The translations under genes were made by a program, and so were the position numbers. Shown here one piece after another: positions 59,964-64,000 of a stretch of DNA of 64,000 bases (positions are counted from its first letter, which is position 1; every line of letters starts with the position of its first letter). The stretch is from Phoronis australis (taxonomy: Eukaryota; Animalia; Phoronida), in the NCBI GenBank assembly GCA_002633005.1, contig NMRA01000027.1, forward strand, positions 1,545,490 through 1,609,489. The letters run 5' to 3'. The notes under the pieces are model-generated. The model ran no database searches. It saw only the letters and a program-made list of their open reading frames with translations, and was not told the DNA's origin.

Positions 59964-60669
59964 CTATACGTCAAGCTGGATTTTTGCTCACATTCCACAC
60001 TTACTGAAGTTCATTAATTGAATTCAATGACATGGAAATAACATTTACTTTGTGTTTTGTTCCAGTATTTTGGCTTAAAAAGGGAGACATACAAAACATC
60101 ACCAGCATACCAAAGGCTAATCTAAAACTATTCTGCAGACGTGGGGATGCCAAAAAGCTTGTGAGAATTTGGCGTCATGTTGCTGTGAGTACATTTTATC
60201 TGCTACCAATTCTTTTGGCTCTATGAGCAGCAAATGTCACTTGTTTGTCTTGAAGGTCAGGTCAATATGTTATGCCAAAACACATGCAGGAAACTTTAAC
60301 AACTTAAGACACAATATAGTGGACTAGTGAAATTTATTTTTTCGTTCTTTATACAAATAAATATTTCATCCTTTTAAAGTGATGTACCATAGTTACCACC
60401 AGTCAATGTTAGAAACCTTTGAAAAACGAAGAAAGGCTAATTTTGGCAATATTTTTTCTGGAGTGGTATTTTCAGTTGCTCATTTTTTTCAAAAAAGAAA
60501 TGCCACTTTAGACGACCGCAATTGGTCCAGGTTTGGGTTTTCTTTTAATTTACTCATTGCTGGGCAAATTATTGCAGTTCAGGCATTGCATACCTGCCTT
60601 TGCGCAGTTTAAAAAAAAACAATGCTTTACATGAGATTGATGTTGGCATTTTTATGCATCGACATATAT

Positions 60670-63250
60670 GTTGGCGCATTATGCCGTTGTCCCTGTCCGT
60701 CCATCCCACGTCCGCTGCTTTGCCTCCAAAACCCTTTGACATACGTTCATGAAATTTCGCACTTATGGTCCTTCCATGGATGGGACGGCATGCGCGAATT
60801 TTCAGACGGATCCAGCTACCAGTGTGTTCCCTATTGGCAATTTTAGTTTTCTTATGCTTCTGTATTGTCAAAGGTCCACATTTATGTATATGTGGGTGTG
60901 TTATGCCGTCTTTCCTATCCATCCGTATGATGTCCACGGGTCTTTCTCCAAAACTCTTTTTTTTTAATGTGTGTTCATGACATTTTGGACATATGGACCT
61001 CTCATGGATGGAATAGCATGAGCGAATTTTGAGACGGATCCAACTACTGGTTTGTCCCCTAGTGGCAATTTTAGTTGTTGACAGTATTTTCAAAGGTCCT
61101 GAAATGATTTGCGTTTTCGAATGGATCCAAGGTGGTTTAAGCCAGCTAGTGGCTATTTCTATGTGCTCACATATTAATATGTGGGCGCATATTGCCGTCA
61201 TCTCTGTCTGGCATCCACAGCTGTATCTCCTAAACCCCTCACAAGATCTTGATGAGATGTGGCAGATGTGTTCCTGTGAAGCTAACAATAGGTGACGCCA
61301 AATTCCAGACAGATCCAACTACCGGTGTGCCCCTGGTGGCAATTATAATTTTTTACATTTGCCTCTGTATCTTCAAAAGTCCTCAATGGATTTTTGTAAA
61401 ATTTGGCATATAGGCATCTATTAATGCCATCCTCCTGTTTTCGGATGAATTTGAGGTATTTTGTACTACCTAGTGGCCATTTTTATTGTTTTTGAGTCTG
61501 TTTTTAGTGTCTGCCCAAATCACTCTAGGAGGATTGGGAAAATTGGAATGTTCATAATGTGAACAGGACAGTTGACAATGATTTTTCAATGACTTCGACT
61601 ACTGTGATGCTTCCTAGTGACAGTTTTGTTTTGCGCCCATAGCCGTATCTCCTAAATTTAGCAAGTAGAAGTTGGCACTGGATGACAATGACTTTCCGAC
61701 GGATCCAACAAACACTGTGCCCCCTAGTGTTAATTTCATTTTTTCGCTTTTCTCTATTTTTCTGAAGTTCCTTGATGGATTTTTATGAACTTTAATAAAT
61801 AGCTTCCTATTAAGAAAACAATGACATTTCCCCCTTTTTCGGATTGATTTGACATATATTGTGCCACCAAGTGGCCATTTTTACTGTTTTCTAGTCTGTT
61901 TTTGGCATCTGCTCATCTATCAACCAAATCACTCTAAGGATGAAAATTGGTGTTGATGTTTCTTCTGTGAAGAGAATGGCTGATGGTGACCACTCAAACT
62001 ACCGTTACGCCTCCTAGGTGCAGTGTTTTGCATCTGTAGTTGTACCTCTCAAACCCTCTGCAGGAACTTTATTAAATTCATGAAGTTAACAATTAGAACA
62101 ACAATGACATTTGGATGAAACCAACCGCTTTGACCCTTAGTGGCATTTTTTTCGTTGCCCTCTGTATCTTTGAAACACGTCGGCAGATTTTTATGGAACT
62201 TAATATGTAGGTTTCTATTAAGAAGATGACTATACCTTCCTTTTCATTTTCAGGAGGATTTAATCTATTCTGTGCCACTTTGTAGCCATTTTAACAATTT
62301 TTAGTACATTTTTTACATCACCTTCTCTACCCACTAAACCACGTGAAGGATCATTACTGAAATTTGGAGATGTGTTCGTGATGAGAAGGCTGAGTCTAAC
62401 AGTGAATTTTGAACAAGTTCAACTACTCTGCTCTCCCCCCCAGTGGCAATTTTATTTTTTTGTGTCCATGGCTGTATCTTCTTGCCCTTTGCAAGATCTT
62501 TCTGAAATTTATCAGATGTGTTCCTGTGGAGATGGCAACTGATGTTGGTCAGTTTCAGACCTGTCAAACTACAGATGTGCTCCCTTGTGGCAGTTTTATT
62601 TTTTACCTTTTAAGTTTGTCTCTGCAACTTTAGAGTTCCTTGGTGCTTTTTCGTGAAATTTGACTAACAAATTTCTATTATGAAGACTTCAGCACCTTTC
62701 CTTTTTGTGATGGATTTGTCGTTTTCTGTACCAATTAGATGGCAGAGGATCATTATGACATTTGGTAGATGTGTTTCTTCTGACAAGAGCGTGATTGACG
62801 TGGGTTTTCTAGTGGATCCAACTACTGTGTTGCCCCCTAATGATATTTTTTTTTCATCTACGGGTGTATCTCCTAAGCCCCTTGCAAAATGTTTTTTGAA
62901 ATTTTGCAATTTTTTGTATTCCTACTAATTGACTGCAGAGGGACGGATTCAACTACTGCTGTGGTTCCTAATAACATTTTTTTATGTTTGTGATTCGACT
63001 ACTGCTGTGGTTTCTAATAACATTTATGTTTGCCTATATATATCTTTGGGGTTCTTTGGTATATTTTCATGTAACTTGACAAATAGCTTTCGGAGACAAC
63101 ACCTTCCCGTTTTTTGGATGGGTTCAATGTATTCTGTGCTATCAAATGGTCATTTTTTATGGTACAAATTAACACCCCTAGAAGCAACACTGTTTGCGAT
63201 GATTCACATGAAATTTTGCACTGTCACCTATCTTAATGTTCTGTGACTGT
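60670..63250 (+). repeat. Degenerate tandem-repeat array, probably the interior of a Helentron-associated (HINE/DINE-1-like) element
   Basis: Recurrent ggatccaactac...gtgccccctagtggcaatttt and gtgccacc(t/a)agtggccattttt at irregular 100-280 bp spacing; aaattt(g/c)gcac motifs; gtccgtccatcc-type microsatellite near 60695. Confidence 0.65.
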
Positions 63251-64000
63251 GGATTTTCTGTGTCTGATTTTTCTCTGCCATTTGGACATCAAAGATATCA
63301 GCAGTGATAATGCAAAGACTTATGATATTTAAGAAGGACAATTAATGGCTCATTACTCTGTTGTCTGAAGGTAAATCTCAAATCTGAGACATGTTTCCTG
63401 CACATTGACAGTAGGAATATGTTGCTCAGACACTAAGTTGCCTGCAGTTTAAGTATTGTTGAACTTAAGTACTAGTCCACGAGAGCACCAACCATGAGCG
63501 GCAAGGTGGGGGTCAGCCGATTTTCACCAAATTTGGCACATATGTAGTCCTATGGGATCTATAAACAGCGGTAAAATATTTCCTCAAAATATTGCGTTTT
63601 TCTAAAGTGATAGGTTCAAACACATTTTACGGCTTCGCAGCCATGTTTTCACGGTATAAAAACTGTCCAGTTTTAACTGTTCATATTTTTCCTTGAATGA
63701 AAGCTATTGATTTAGTATTCACTTGGCATTGTTTAGTGGAGCCTATAGATTGTTACGCAGATGTCTTTTGAAACACGATTCCGATTTACCACCCTCATTT
63801 AGTAGTTTTACTACACTGCCCCCCGTTATGCCATTTTGAGGTTGTGTTCAGTACACTGCTGTACCAAATCTGCCCCCACTGTTATGAGAATGAAACTTAG
63901 CCAAAATGTTGACAAAACATGTTACTTTCATTGCATAAAATAAAAACTTTGTCAGCCAGTTTATTAGTTATACATTTTGGCACCTCAAATGTACTAAAAT

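Noticed and set aside
60569-61318. 249-aa minus-strand ORF with internal repeats (SWIRLKIR)
   Set aside because: Lies within the degenerate tandem array; the peptide repeats mirror the DNA repeat and no domain is recognisable.
60670-63250. CRISPR-like repeat-spacer array
   Set aside because: Repeats are degenerate, spacing is long and irregular, spacers are related to each other, the context is eukaryotic, and there are no cas genes.

Overview
Eukaryotic, AT-rich, intron-containing genomic DNA from an invertebrate. The MyD88 TIR sequence looks non-insect; the taxon cannot be fixed from sequence alone. Four spliced genes were reconstructed by hand with frame-consistent splice sites: (1) an ecdysteroid-kinase-like (EcKL/DUF227) kinase, + strand, 7109-9697, 2 coding exons; (2) a testis-specific Ser/Thr kinase (TSSK-type), + strand, 10973-15289, 5 exons; (3) a GH16 beta-1,3-glucanase/LGBP, resembling earthworm coelomic cytolytic factor, with signal peptide, intact EIDxxE motif and a GPI-type tail, + strand, 18059-32491, 9 exons; (4) MyD88, - strand, 49553-36449, 6 exons, including a GC-AG intron, a probable 21-nt microexon and a long C-terminal tail carrying a DSGLVS degron-like motif and a basic/aromatic segment. 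A probable fifth gene begins at 58145 with a signal-peptide exon. Introns and intergenic DNA are full of DNA-transposon derivatives (Kolobok/THAP with TTAA TSDs, PIF/Harbinger, Tc1/mariner-like, MITEs with 5-bp TSDs, palindromic fold-back elements, a Helentron-associated-like tandem array), plus a decayed C2H2 zinc-finger gene. There is one 403-N gap and two single-N joins. No CRISPR array, rRNA or intact tRNA was seen. All family assignments come from motif recognition, not database searches.
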